Below, in pieces: positions 41,553 through 52,807 of a stretch of 64,000 bases of DNA; within the stretch, counting starts at the first letter, position 1; each line of letters begins with the position of its first letter. The translations under genes and the position numbers were made by a program. The notes beneath the pieces were generated by a model. The model saw only the letters and a list, made by a program, of their open reading frames with translations, was not told the origin of the DNA and made no database searches. Origin of the DNA: Cyanophyceae cyanobacterium (GTDB taxonomy: Bacteria; Cyanobacteriota; Cyanobacteriia; Cyanobacteriales; Laspinemataceae); contig JBBQFN010000007.1 in the NCBI GenBank assembly GCA_038321985.1, positions 142,323 through 206,322 on the forward strand, read 5' to 3'.

Positions 41553-42065
41553 CTAGCCGGCTAACATACTCCGCAGCATCCAGGCATTTTTCTCGTGAAT
41601 TTGCATCCGTTTGGTCAGCAAATCTAGGGTGGGTTGGTCGTTAGCTTCTTCTAAGAGTTCCAACATTTCTCGGGAGGTACGGACCACGGTTTCTTGTCCT
41701 TGTACCAACAGGCGAATCATGTCTTCAGCTTCGGGAATGCCTTCATTTTCTTCAATAGAAGTCAAGCTGGTAAACTTGGCATAAGTGGCGGGGGCGGGAA
41801 ACCCTAAAGCCCGGATTCGTTCAGCAATTTCATCCACGGCTAGGGCCAATTCTTGATACTGCGCCTCAAACATCAAATGCAGGGTGCTAAATAGGGGCCC
41901 CGTGACGTTCCAGTGAAAATTATGAGTTTTCAAGTACAGGGTATAGCTATCAGCCAACACTCGGGATAAGCCTTGGGCAATCTGTTCTCGGGTGCCTTCT
42001 TCAATTCCGATATTGACGCTGATAGGATTTTGACGTTGGGCAGACATTCCCACAGTAGCTGTCAT
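41553..42065 (-). CDS. dps: Dps DNA protection/ferroxidase protein
   Basis: [32 protein letters not shown] and HEKNAWML. Confidence 0.96.
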   Translation of the reverse strand: MTATVGMSAQRQNPISVNIGIEEGTREQIAQGLSRVLADSYTLYLKTHNFHWNVTGPLFSTLHLMFEAQYQELALAVDEIAERIRALGFPAPATYAKFTSLTSIEENEGIPEAEDMIRLLVQGQETVVRTSREMLELLEEANDQPTLDLLTKRMQIHEKNAWMLRSMLAG

Positions 42066-42248
42066 TCGTGATACCTCTAATTGTTGTAGTGAGTTTCTTT
42101 CTGTTGTGAAAAGTCCTAGCTAGATTTAGGTAAAACTAAAGAATTTGTTAACTTTCGTTTTCCTAAACCCCATCTAAGTTTCTAAAATCTGAAGAGTCTT
42201 TGTTTATAAAGAGCGCGTTAAACTCAGTCTCAATTCACGGGGAGTAAC

Positions 42249-42653
42249 TTAGATGATACCTGGACCTTTTCCACGGCGATCGCCTTCCATGGTCAACTTT
42301 CCTTCCTCGTCATTATCATGGGACTCGTTGTATTCACGAGTGCGTTCTGCTTTAAGGGCTTCTTCTTTTTCGCGCAAGTCGCCTGGCTCATTCACATACA
42401 TTTCGGGTTCGATCGCATAATTATTGACTAGACCTTCTTGGTCTACGGTGAAGCCATCGCGGGTGTGGTCTACATCTTCATGGGGTTCATCGGCGTTAGA
42501 GGGAGCTTTCATGAACTTGTCACCCTCGCGCTCTTGACGGGCGGCCACTTCAGCCGGAATAATTTGGCGATCGTAGTGAACCGGCTCTGTTACAACTTCA
42601 GTGGACTTTTTCTTGTTAACATTTTCATTGTTATTCATCGTTTGGTTATCCAT
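42249..42653 (-). CDS. Hydrophilic acidic protein with a Psb34/Hli-like N-terminal-arm motif
   Basis: GFTVDQEGLVNNYAIEPEMY motif; no TM helix; ATG 42653 with GAGGA RBS. Confidence 0.7.
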   Translation of the reverse strand: MDNQTMNNNENVNKKKSTEVVTEPVHYDRQIIPAEVAARQEREGDKFMKAPSNADEPHEDVDHTRDGFTVDQEGLVNNYAIEPEMYVNEPGDLREKEEALKAERTREYNESHDNDEEGKLTMEGDRRGKGPGII

Positions 42654-42886
42654 GAGTATTTCCTCAATCTTCATTTAGTCTCTTTACAGCTTATCCGGTG
42701 AACCCCGCCCAATTAAACTATCTATGGAGGTAAGTTTGCCACTACTCCCATTGATAGAGACATTGAGCAAGAAATTGAGAAAATCCTCTCCCTGTCTAGG
42801 TTTAGAGTCCTTCAGTTCCTAACAGCAAGCTCAGAAACCGCTGAATGGAGGGATTAATTTTATTCAAGGGTCCAATCATAATTTTT

Positions 42887-43792
42887 TTAACGGCGATCGA
42901 CAGGTTCTTCATTCTCAATAGCCATGGCATTTTCTGTGGGAACGATGCGGGATCCATATCGATTGGCATATACCTGAGTAAACTCTGCCCCAAAAAATAG
43001 AATTTGGGCAGAAAAGTTAACCCACAACAATAAAATGACGAAAGAACCCGCTGCACCGTAGGTGGAGCCAATTGAACTACTCCCGAGGTACAACCCAATT
43101 AGAGTTTTGCCGATGACAAAGAGTAACGCTGTCACGACTGCCCCCAGCCAGACATCACTCCAGGCAATTTTGACATCGGGTAAGACTTTATAAATCATGG
43201 CAAACAAGACAGTAATCACCCCAAATGAGATAAAGAAATCGAGTAATTTCCAGATCCCAACCAAGCTCTCTGGCAGCAGATGGCTAAAAAAGTTTCCGAA
43301 TGCAGCTAAAGCCGCACTGAGTACCAGGGAAATTAGCAATAAAAACCCGATGGTTAGAATCATTGCAAAGGATAAAAAACGGTCTTCAATTAGCCCTTTT
43401 ATTCCGCGTCCGGGTTTGGGCTTGACGTTCCAAATCGTATTTAGGGAACTCTGGAGTTGATTAAACAGACCTGTCGCTCCAAACAAGAGTAAACCTACAC
43501 TGATTAAGGTTGCCCAAATTCCCGACCCACTTTCTCGGGTATTATCAATCATGGTTTCGATGATTTGTGCAGCTTCGGTGCCGACGGTGCCTTGCAGTTG
43601 CCGGACAATTTCACCTTGGGCGGCTTCTTGACCAAAGATGACTCCGGCAACGGCGATCGCAATAATCAAAATTGGCGCTAAAGAAAAAGCGGCATAATAG
43701 GCTAAGGCGGCGGATAAGCGCCCTGCGTTATCGGCTTGCCACTCGGCAAATGTTAGTTTTAGCAGCCTAAAAAGTTGTTTAATCTTTACCAT
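42887..43792 (-). CDS. YihY/BrkB-family membrane protein
   Basis: AALAYYAAFSLAP, LNTIW, YKVLP, YGAAGS..ILLLW and GAEF. Confidence 0.92.
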   Translation of the reverse strand: MVKIKQLFRLLKLTFAEWQADNAGRLSAALAYYAAFSLAPILIIAIAVAGVIFGQEAAQGEIVRQLQGTVGTEAAQIIETMIDNTRESGSGIWATLISVGLLLFGATGLFNQLQSSLNTIWNVKPKPGRGIKGLIEDRFLSFAMILTIGFLLLISLVLSAALAAFGNFFSHLLPESLVGIWKLLDFFISFGVITVLFAMIYKVLPDVKIAWSDVWLGAVVTALLFVIGKTLIGLYLGSSSIGSTYGAAGSFVILLLWVNFSAQILFFGAEFTQVYANRYGSRIVPTENAMAIENEEPVDRR

Positions 43793-44463
43793 TTTTTCTC
43801 CTTTTTTTGTTAAAAACTTTTAATGGGTTGTTTGGGTTGAGGGGGTTTATCTTAGAAAAAGGAACTCCCTAAAAAAGGCAGTTGCCTCTTTGATTGTTCG
43901 CCCTAAGCTGGCTATTTGGAGTTGGACTCTTTAGAATTTCCCAACTGATGTTTTAAGATAAGCCCCCCGTTAGATCAATTTTGGATCTATGAGGGAGGAA
44001 CTCTCAGTCATTCACAGAAGAGAATCAGCCCAGTGGGAGCTAGAGAACTCGATTTTTGGCTGGTTTTCTTATTAAAATAGGGTCTAGATAGCTCAATCGC
44101 TAACTAAACCCTTTTAATCAATCGAGATGTTTTACCGATGTTAGGTAGTCTTACACCGGGCCACAGCTTCTGGGTGAGTGTTCTGCTATCTCTCTTCCGG
44201 GAGGGAGAATCACTCAGGAATTTAGGGGTTGACAAACGTCAACTCTTCTAAATCGTGAATGAAAGCCGAACTGCCTGTTGGCCGTAGCATTGCAAGCAAC
44301 AATTGAAGACCCCGGATGAATGCACTCCCGACGGAATTTCACTGCCTTCGCGATCGCCATGCCAACTTTTAGGCAGTTTAACCGCGATCTGACTAGGGTT
44401 AAAACCGGAAAGTTCGTGAGTAAGGAATATCTTTAGCTTACAAGACCCCCGATGAGTTATACC

Positions 44464-44479
44464 TCTATCCCAAGGTAGA
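44464..44479. promoter_or_regulatory. 16-bp palindromic operator candidate
   Basis: TCTATCCCAAGGTAGA; related copies at 41436, 42743, 45712, 52735 and 52808. Confidence 0.55.
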
Positions 44480-44578
44480 TCGATTAGGACAGTGTCCGCC
44501 CTAAAATAACCCCTGCGATCGCGGAAAAATAAGCGGTCCTTGTACCTCTATTGCCTCCCGTATGAAACTTTTCTCAAA

Positions 44579-45304
44579 TTATCCAACCAATCCAGAGCGT
44601 AAGGCTAGAACTGCGGCTTGGGTGCGGTCATTTGCACAGAGCTTGTTTAAAATATTGCGGACGTGAGTTTTCACCGTCCCCACCGTGATGTACAGCTTTT
44701 CTGAAATTTCGGCGTTGTTGTATCCTTGGACGATCAGTTCTAGAACTTCTAGTTCCCGTTCCGTCAGGGGATAAGCTTCGATAATTTGGCTATATTCCGG
44801 TTCAGGAGCCTTAATCGTCACCGTTTCTTTTTTCTGACTACCTAGGGTAGGTTGGGTATTCGTGGAGCGCGCCTGCTTGAGTACGATTCCGGCGATCGCT
44901 GGGTCGATCCAGGAGTTGCCTTCGTAGGTGAGGCGAACCACTCTCAGCAATTCCTCAAAGCTAATATCCTTCATGCAGTAAGAGTCCGCACCGGCAGCAA
45001 AAGCAGCCAGGACCGCATCTTCGTTATCTTGAAAGGTCAGAATCAAGATTTTGGTTTTAGGGTCCTGTCCTTGGGCGGCTTGGGCTTGTTGGAGTCGCTG
45101 GGTCACTTCAATACCATCGATATCCGGTAACCCAATATCAACAATCCCAATATCGGGTTTCGTATCCATCAGTAATTTCAATCCCGAAGTCCCATTGGCG
45201 GCATCTCCGACAACGACGATTCCATCAGATTGCTGCAAAGCCGTCCGGATTCCTATCCGAGTCAGATCATGGTCTTCAACTAAAGCAACGCGAATTTCAC
45301 TCAT
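44579..45304 (-). CDS. orrA: NarL/LuxR-family response regulator, OrrA-like
   Basis: EDHDLTR.G, VDIGLPD, EDAVLAAFAAGADSY, SWIDPAIA and YPLTERELEVL..YITVGTVKTHVRNILNKL closely resemble Anabaena OrrA as recalled. ATG 45304. Confidence 0.75.
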   Translation of the reverse strand: MSEIRVALVEDHDLTRIGIRTALQQSDGIVVVGDAANGTSGLKLLMDTKPDIGIVDIGLPDIDGIEVTQRLQQAQAAQGQDPKTKILILTFQDNEDAVLAAFAAGADSYCMKDISFEELLRVVRLTYEGNSWIDPAIAGIVLKQARSTNTQPTLGSQKKETVTIKAPEPEYSQIIEAYPLTERELEVLELIVQGYNNAEISEKLYITVGTVKTHVRNILNKLCANDRTQAAVLALRSGLVG

Positions 45305-46394
45305 TTTTGATATGACTTTCCACAACGGAAGACAAAAGTTTAACAATGTTGGGCAACCTTTTCCATGAGCCGGAGCGGCCAAAATGAATCTGATGCCCGT
45401 ACCACAGAGGTAGCTCAAACAAGTTTATCAAAGTGCTTCACCCTCTGGGGGGATTTCCCTCGGGTGTAGTTTTTTTCCTACCTAGTTCTTGCCGAAATTC
45501 GCTTCTCAATCACCCCGGAGAATCGAGGGAATCCGACGCAAAGGCCCGTACTGGGTTCAGAAGCGGTTGCCGCTCCTCTCTAGGATACTCCCTAAGTTTA
45601 TGGGGAATGGAGAAAGTGATGCCGGGGCAATCATCCTTGATGTTCCTTCGGGCGGTTCAGTCGGTATCTCTCTTCCATCCCGACCGGATGAATTCGTTTC
45701 CTAGAGCGAATTCCACCTATTGATAGAGGCGCTCAGTATCTGACCCAGATACAGTTATATTATCTACCAGTTAGTCCGGTTTAATGTTAAGTATCTCCCT
45801 TGAGTTATTTAAATAGTAAGGAACCCGGGATTCAAAAACTTTAAGCAATGAGGTCTCTAAACTTTATTATTTTATCAATTTTGTTAAGGTCACTGGCTAA
45901 TTGGACGGTTCAGGTCTCCCTAAAAACTGCTCAATTCCTATCCCCGGAGTGGCAATTCAGACCACTACAGGGAATGGGAGATGGGTTGCTATTTTTGAGC
46001 CCGTGGAGAATGGTGAGTGTGATGTCACCCTCAAAGAGTGGGGGGGAGAATTTACCCCAGCGATCGCCCCCAAATCCCGGGCCTCAGATGGGAATCCGGT
46101 CGTTCTGTCGGAGCGAGTTGTGTGGGTGGGAATAGAATCTCTACCGAGTGCGGACTTCTCATCCACCCTATTCTCTAGGGAATAGAGGGGAGAAAAACGG
46201 CTCCCTCCTCATCCTGTCTACGACCTAACTCTGCTCCGTTCTTCGTCTTTAAGCCGTAACGTTGGGGTAACTCTCAAAATTGTATAGATAGTCTAAATGA
46301 TTCGGGCTTTTCCCTAGGCGGCTTTCCCCGAGCGGGCCGAAGGGGGGTTACCGCGACAGAAATTGTCTACCTGATTTAGACCTGCTATAAATTT

Positions 46395-46412
46395 TCTACA
46401 AAATTTTACATA
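46395..46412 (+). promoter_or_regulatory. HLR1-like direct repeat upstream of the large HK
   Basis: TCTACAAA-AT-TTTACATA (1 mismatch to KTTACAWW-N2-KTTACAWW). Confidence 0.4.
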
Positions 46413-46664
46413 AGTTGACCCATTGGGCCACTTTCTAAAGGAATTAATAATCTTTGGAGCAGGTGAGTTCAATCTATTGAAATGATACTTCGGTCAGCTT
46501 TGTCTAGGCTTATTGGTCAGTATAAAAAATTTTTTTTGATTGAAAGGTGCCAAACTGCCTTAGCCGAATCCCCACCCACACTAGCAGCCCCAGACTGAGT
46601 AGATTAACCCGACCCAAAAATTAGTCAAATCGACCCACACCGTGCAACTTTTATAAAAATCGGG

Positions 46665-49600
46665 ATGGAATCAACCCAGATGAATAATCCTAAAAATCCT
46701 CGATTTAAGAATCGAAGGTCTCGCCAAAATTTAACCACTTTCAACCCACCGCCGCAACCGCGAGTACAATCATTACACCCTGGGGAAGCAGCGGTCCTGG
46801 GGGGACAAATCCTGTGGACAGCCAATGCGCTCGGGGCAATAACTCACTTGAACCCCACCTGGCAAACCTATACGGGAATGGATCTAGAAGCATCCTTGGC
46901 TTGGGGCTTTTTACAAGCCTTACACCCCGAGGATAGACCGCTTTGGCATCGGACCTTCGCGGGGGAAGAAACCTCCGTAGATTTACCCCAAAAACGCTTA
47001 GGGGTGGTGGTTTGGGAAATGGAACTGCGCCTGTTAGGAATTGACGGAATCTACCGCTGGATGCTGGTGCAGGCGGTTCCTACTTGGGGTAAAAATGGCG
47101 AAGTTGTGGCATGGGCAGGAACCTATACAGATATTGACTCCCTCAAGCAAACCCAACTCCAACTCCAAGAAAAACAGGAATTTATAGAAAATGTAATTGC
47201 CTCCTGTTCGGAGGCAATTATCGCTGGGGATGCCAATGGAACCATCCAAATTTTTAATCAAGCCGCACAAAAGTTATATGGTGCAGCCGAGGAAAAATCC
47301 TCAGCGATCGCCCTAAAATCCGGTCAAACGGGTGAGAAATTAGTATCCGGTTTCCACCTATCCCGTTCAACCGCTCAAGACTCTATGGGTAATGTTCCGG
47401 GAAACTCAGAAGTTGTGGAGGAAACATCAACCCCCCTAGAAACATTGCCGTTAGAGGAGGCGTTACAGACCGAATTTCCATCAGAGAAAGAGTTAGTTTT
47501 AGTTCCTAAATCAGGACAAACCCGGATTATCCTCGGCAACAGTAACCCAATTTTTAATCCAGGGGGTATCAAATTAGGGGCGGTGACTCTCATGCGGGAT
47601 ATTACCCAACGTAAACAGCGAGAACAAGCCTGTTTTACCCTCTACGCCGAAACTCAGCAACAAGTTCGGGTGCTCCATACCCAACTCTTAGAAAGCGATC
47701 GCCGATCGCCCCTGCAACACCCCCCCCTACCCCCGGCAACAGCCCCGGAATCCGTAGAGGAGTCGGGAGGTCAAACCCTTCCCCAGACAGAAAATGAGAC
47801 GGAATTCCAGGAATTCGCCGAACTTTTCCAAGCCTTGAATATAATTAGCCCTTATGATATGGCGGGTCTTCTTTGGGACCGGAAGGGGGAATTGCAAGGG
47901 GTGATGGATTGTCATCGGCTGCTGGCTGATTCCCTGTGGGAGCGCTTAGAAAAACTACTCCTCGGAGTATTCCCGGACGCCAAACGGCGATCGCTGGACC
48001 CAGAAGCGGTGGTATGGTCGATTAGTTTACCGGAAGGGTCGGGGGACGATGAAACCCCTATCACGGAACTGGCTTCAATGCTTCTGTTTCCCATTATGGG
48101 CAGAAGTAACCCTCAGCCAGTGGGACTGCTATTTTTAGTCGCCGAAGGGCGATCGCCTATGAGCGCCTATCAGCTAGGTTTGCTTGAGGGGTTAGTGCAG
48201 CAGGTATCAGAAACCCTACAAAGGCTTTTCCCCTCCTACTTGGCTTCTTCATCCCTAGAAGGGGGTTCCGGAAATAGCCGCTGCGATCGCCCGGGAAACT
48301 CCCTAGAAAACCCCACAGTTGGCTTCTTGGAGTCCCCAGGATCCGCAGAAATTGCCCCAGAGAACCTCGCCGCCACTGCCGAGGAAAGGGGTCAAGCCAC
48401 TCCAACCGAACGGCAGAGTAACCACAGCCGATGCGATCGCGATCGGGCTTCCGCTGCCTCTGCTTCCAACCAACCCTCACCAGACAACCGGGGCGCTCTT
48501 CCGGTAGAAGTTTTTTCCCTCTTATCCCAAGCCTTCAACCCAAGTCGGTCCCCCCACCCCCAAAACCTGACTGGAGCCTCTCCTGTGCTAGCGGGGGGGG
48601 AACCGTTAGCGTTGAACGATCCCAGCAACCGCAGCATAAACCACTCCCGCGAGGCAGTTTCCAACTGTTCAGAATCCTTTCCCTGTTCCCCAGACTCCCC
48701 GGATCCAAACCCCAAGCCAGGGGTTGAGAGTTCTAGGGTTCAGAAAAACTATCCCCCGGGGGAGAGCGATCTCCTTTACGATAGCGTCAACTATTGCCGT
48801 GAGATGGAAGGGTGGAATGCCCGGGAAAAAATGTCCGAACCCACCATCACCGAGGGACCATCAGACCCTCCTACTTCGGGAGAGGCAACTGGGGACGAAG
48901 GAATTCTCATCTATGATGCACATGGAATTCTTACCACCTGCAATCCCAGTGCGGAAAGGATTTTAGGCTTAAAAGCCGGGGAACTAATCGGACGATCTTA
49001 TCAAGAACCCGGATATTCAAGCGTACTCAGCGACGGTTCACCCCTGGAAGGCGATCGCCATCCCGTCGCGGTTACCTTCCAAACGGGACAACCCCAATCC
49101 CATACCATTTTGGGGATTTACAAACCCGATCAAACCCTCACCTGGATCTCCCTGGACGTTCAACTCCTATTTGATAACGATTTTGATAATGAGGAGCGCC
49201 ATCCCTGTGCTGTTATTGCCTGCTTCCGGCAGATGGATAGTACCACCGAAGGTGAACATTCCAGGGAACAGGGCCAACCCCAGTATCAGTTCATTGTCGA
49301 ACAATCTAAAGACTTAATCGCTCGGCACAGTCCCCGGGGAATTTATTTGTATGCTTCCAGTGCCAGTTGTTGTCTGTTGGGATACGAACCCGGGGAACTG
49401 ATCGGGCAAAGTATTTATGGGTTTGTTCACCGCGAGGATGTGGCTACGGTGAGCCAAATTTTGAATAGCTTAAGCCGGGAATCAGCCCCCGATCGCGTAA
49501 CCTATCGCCATCGGCGCAAAGATGGAACTTATGTTTGGTTGGAAACCACCCTTCGACTTGCCCTTAACCCTGAGCGAGGGCTGGAACCTGAAGCGATCGC

Positions 49601-51827
49601 CGTTTCCCGAGATATCACCCCGCGCAAGGAGAACGAAGAAAAAACTTTCGCTCTCAATCAGGAGTTAAATTGCCTAGTCCGCAAGCAAAGTCTACAACTT
49701 GAAGCGGCAAGGCAACTCAAAGATGAATTGCTGCTACGGGAGCAGTTAGCCCGAAAAGTGGCCGAAGCCGCGAAAACCCTCCTGAGTACCGAACGCCAGC
49801 GAATTGCGGAATCCCGCTCGTTTTTAGCCGAAGCCACCACTCTACTCACCACCTCCCTAGATTACCAAACTACCCTAGAGAATTTGGCGGGACTGCTGGT
49901 CCCTCGGTTTGGCGATTGGTGCGCGATCAATGTGAGGGAGAGTGAACCCGGCCCCTCGGGGTCATCCGAGGAAAATTATCGTTGTGTGGCAGTCGCTTGT
50001 ATGGACCCCGCGCAGAAAGAGGCGGTTTGGGCATTGCAAAAGGGTTACCCAGCGGATGGCGGGGGGCAATACCTCTACCTCCAGCAACTGCTGGAAATTC
50101 GCCGCTCACCGTCGAGATCGGACTGGGGAGAACGGGAGAATGGGGCGGACTTCTGTTTTGGCATTTCTGACGATGAACTTATAGCAATTGCTCAGGATCC
50201 AGAACACCTGGCATTACTGCGATCGCTCGATTGTCAGGCTTATGTGTGGTTGCCCATTCGCTTTGGCGATCGCACCTTTGGCTCCATTCTCTTAGTGTGC
50301 GGCAATCACCAGCACTCTCGTCGTCTTCGTTTACAAGGGGATGCCACCTATAGCCAGAGCGATCTATCTCTGATAGAAGACTTAGTTCGTCGGGGCGCGA
50401 TGACGTTGGAAAAGGCTCTCCTCTACCGGGAAGCTCGCGAGACAGGAGAAAACCTCCGTCAAACGGTGTGTATTGTCGGCGAACGTCAACGACAATTGCG
50501 GACCCTCCAACAGTTGGCAAATTTGCTCAATCAGCGAATTGCGGACTTACCCCGGTTGTTACAGTTGATGGTAGAAGCAGTCTGTGAAGCCATCCCCAAA
50601 GCCCAGTTTTGCCTGATCGTCCTTCACGATCGCAAACTGAATCGTCTGGAATTAATGGCAACCGCAGGCACAGGGACCCAAAATTTACCTATCGGTATTC
50701 CCTTAAAAACCAAGGATTCTTTGCTGTCTCAGGTGTTTTCTACGGGTCAGCCTCTTTTGCGATGCCATTCTCTGGATGGACTAAATGCCGCTTCCGAGAG
50801 GGAAACTCTTCCCGGAGAGTTACCCGCTTGTGTATATGCGGTGCCGATTGAGTCAGCACGAGCAGGGCGCTTGGGGGTACTCGCGGTGGGCAATTGGGAA
50901 GAACAAGGGGCCTTTGAGGTGGAGGATCTCCGTCAAATGGTCACAGCGGTGGGAGAACAAGCGGCGATCGCCATCAATAACGCCCGCTCTATCGAAATTT
51001 TAGAGGAGCGTGATCAATTGTTACAAGCTCAAAATCATATTCTCGCTTGCCAAAACCAAGAACTAGAAGCCAAGCGTCAGCAAATCGAACATCAAAACTG
51101 GCAACTGCGCGAGGCATCTCGCCTCAAGTCTGAGTTTTTAGCCACGATGTCCCACGAACTGCGGACTCCCATGAACTCCATTCTCGGCTTTTCTCAGGTC
51201 CTTTTGCGCGGACGCCGCCACCCCTTGCCAGATCAGCAAAAGCAGATGGTGGAACGAATTCTCAATAATGGCAAACAGTTACTCGCTTTAATTGATGATA
51301 TCCTCGACTTATCCAAAATTGAGGCTGGTCATTCTGAACTTAAATTAGAAGAGTTTGAAGTAGATTTGCTAGTCAGTGCAACTTGTGAGGAATTACGAGT
51401 TTTTGCCCAGAAAAAGAATTTAACTTTACAGTTTAGTTCCACCTTGGATAATCCCCTAGTTGTAGGCGATCGCTTACGGTTGCGGCAGGTTGTTACCAAT
51501 TTGGTCTCGAATGCGATTAAATTTACCAATTCTGGCGGGGTGGAGGTGACACTATTGAGTTCCGCCTCCGATTGCGTGGAAATCTCAGTCAAGGATACGG
51601 GAATTGGCATTCCTCAGGAGCAACTTAATCATATTTTTGAAGCCTTCCGCCAAGGAGATCAAACCACAACTCGTGAATATTCAGGTACAGGTTTAGGCTT
51701 AGCCCTCTCTAACTCTTTAGTTCGCCTGATGCAAGGGACGATTTCTGTAGAAAGTCAGCTCAATGAAGGCTCAACTTTCTCCATCCACATCCCTCGCGCT
51801 TTCCCGGCTCTTTCTGAAAGGGAATGA
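46665..51827 (+). CDS. Large cytoplasmic multi-PAS/GAF histidine kinase
   Basis: Several PAS domains (LHPEDR, VHRED, RDIT), GAF domains, H-box MSHELRTPMNS and HATPase GTGLGL; no receiver domain. Confidence 0.9.
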   Translation: MESTQMNNPKNPRFKNRRSRQNLTTFNPPPQPRVQSLHPGEAAVLGGQILWTANALGAITHLNPTWQTYTGMDLEASLAWGFLQALHPEDRPLWHRTFAGEETSVDLPQKRLGVVVWEMELRLLGIDGIYRWMLVQAVPTWGKNGEVVAWAGTYTDIDSLKQTQLQLQEKQEFIENVIASCSEAIIAGDANGTIQIFNQAAQKLYGAAEEKSSAIALKSGQTGEKLVSGFHLSRSTAQDSMGNVPGNSEVVEETSTPLETLPLEEALQTEFPSEKELVLVPKSGQTRIILGNSNPIFNPGGIKLGAVTLMRDITQRKQREQACFTLYAETQQQVRVLHTQLLESDRRSPLQHPPLPPATAPESVEESGGQTLPQTENETEFQEFAELFQALNIISPYDMAGLLWDRKGELQGVMDCHRLLADSLWERLEKLLLGVFPDAKRRSLDPEAVVWSISLPEGSGDDETPITELASMLLFPIMGRSNPQPVGLLFLVAEGRSPMSAYQLGLLEGLVQQVSETLQRLFPSYLASSSLEGGSGNSRCDRPGNSLENPTVGFLESPGSAEIAPENLAATAEERGQATPTERQSNHSRCDRDRASAASASNQPSPDNRGALPVEVFSLLSQAFNPSRSPHPQNLTGASPVLAGGEPLALNDPSNRSINHSREAVSNCSESFPCSPDSPDPNPKPGVESSRVQKNYPPGESDLLYDSVNYCREMEGWNAREKMSEPTITEGPSDPPTSGEATGDEGILIYDAHGILTTCNPSAERILGLKAGELIGRSYQEPGYSSVLSDGSPLEGDRHPVAVTFQTGQPQSHTILGIYKPDQTLTWISLDVQLLFDNDFDNEERHPCAVIACFRQMDSTTEGEHSREQGQPQYQFIVEQSKDLIARHSPRGIYLYASSASCCLLGYEPGELIGQSIYGFVHREDVATVSQILNSLSRESAPDRVTYRHRRKDGTYVWLETTLRLALNPERGLEPEAIAVSRDITPRKENEEKTFALNQELNCLVRKQSLQLEAARQLKDELLLREQLARKVAEAAKTLLSTERQRIAESRSFLAEATTLLTTSLDYQTTLENLAGLLVPRFGDWCAINVRESEPGPSGSSEENYRCVAVACMDPAQKEAVWALQKGYPADGGGQYLYLQQLLEIRRSPSRSDWGERENGADFCFGISDDELIAIAQDPEHLALLRSLDCQAYVWLPIRFGDRTFGSILLVCGNHQHSRRLRLQGDATYSQSDLSLIEDLVRRGAMTLEKALLYREARETGENLRQTVCIVGERQRQLRTLQQLANLLNQRIADLPRLLQLMVEAVCEAIPKAQFCLIVLHDRKLNRLELMATAGTGTQNLPIGIPLKTKDSLLSQVFSTGQPLLRCHSLDGLNAASERETLPGELPACVYAVPIESARAGRLGVLAVGNWEEQGAFEVEDLRQMVTAVGEQAAIAINNARSIEILEERDQLLQAQNHILACQNQELEAKRQQIEHQNWQLREASRLKSEFLATMSHELRTPMNSILGFSQVLLRGRRHPLPDQQKQMVERILNNGKQLLALIDDILDLSKIEAGHSELKLEEFEVDLLVSATCEELRVFAQKKNLTLQFSSTLDNPLVVGDRLRLRQVVTNLVSNAIKFTNSGGVEVTLLSSASDCVEISVKDTGIGIPQEQLNHIFEAFRQGDQTTTREYSGTGLGLALSNSLVRLMQGTISVESQLNEGSTFSIHIPRAFPALSERE

Positions 51828-52032
51828 ATAGATGGGTCTGAGTCATTGAGTCCAAAATTCAGACCCTCTTCCTCCCCAAAAAATTAGGGTCCCATTCATT
51901 AATTTTTTATATCTATCTTGTCTAAATTAGTTAGATAATCTTTAAGAAAAGGGGAGCATCGGGCTTCTCAATAGACTGAGTTATCCCATTGATTTAGACT
52001 TGCTTTAAATAAAAAATAACACAATAAAAAAG

Positions 52033-52058
52033 AAGGACGCACCGCAGTGCGCCCCTAC
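52033..52058 (-). repeat. GTAG-type REP-like hairpin, possible terminator of hcp
   Basis: Minus strand GTAGGGGCGCAC-TGCG-GTGCGTCCTT followed by a T-run. Confidence 0.65.
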
Positions 52059-52090
52059 AAAGTTCATCCTGTTATCGTCGAGCATTGAGA

Positions 52091-52627
52091 TTACAAACTT
52101 GGCGTTATACCTGTTTCAGCTTGGCTGGCAACTTCGTGAACTTCTGTATAGCCCATTGCTCCAGCAATTTCGCGGAACATGGAGATTTGTTCTTCAAATT
52201 CTGCCTTTTCTATCTTAGAAAGAAGGGCATCGGTTTCCGGGGTAGATTTGTAATCTGAAGGCATATCTACAATGGTATCGCCCATCCCTAATGCCCAAGC
52301 ATACCAAACCACTAATTGATTATTAGCCGATAAAGCTCCATAAGCCCGGGAGTAAACGGTATCTTTCCGATCTACAATATCCCGCATGATATTAAGCTGA
52401 TCGTCTTCGGAGAGCTTGTAATAATCGTCCATAAGCATGGGTGCAATATTCGGTTCTGCTGCACCGGGCGCGGCTGGCGTAACGGAATCTCCCATTTTTT
52501 CGTAAATCCAATAGAGTAGAGCCAATTGGTCATCGGTACTCAAGTTTTGAAAATCATTAACCAGGCTTTGAGTGCCTTCGGAACGAAGTTGGCTTTTTCC
52601 TGTCAAATTAGAAGCGGTCATAAACAA
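52091..52627 (-). CDS. hcp: Helical carotenoid protein (stand-alone OCP N-terminal domain)
   Basis: DDQLALLYWIYEKMGDSVTPAAPGAA, QLNIMRD, SRAYGALS.NNQL..WY; no NTF2 C-terminal domain. Confidence 0.9.
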   Translation of the reverse strand: MFMTASNLTGKSQLRSEGTQSLVNDFQNLSTDDQLALLYWIYEKMGDSVTPAAPGAAEPNIAPMLMDDYYKLSEDDQLNIMRDIVDRKDTVYSRAYGALSANNQLVVWYAWALGMGDTIVDMPSDYKSTPETDALLSKIEKAEFEEQISMFREIAGAMGYTEVHEVASQAETGITPSL

Positions 52628-52807
52628 ATATTTCCTTTGAATGAATCTATTGATTTGACTTCATTGTTACAAATCTTTAGCTTGAGTGTCAATCTTTCTG
52701 TTGATGATCTCTGAGTGGGGTAATAAAATATATTTATATCTATAGGTAGATTTTTCGGGGGGTTTTGTCCCCTTAAAATTGAATTTTAACTTTTGAAAAT
52801 TCAGTCA

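Noticed and set aside
45433..46185. Overlapping 70-96 aa ORFs between orrA and the large HK
   Set aside because: Mutually overlapping with no family signal; the region looks regulatory.
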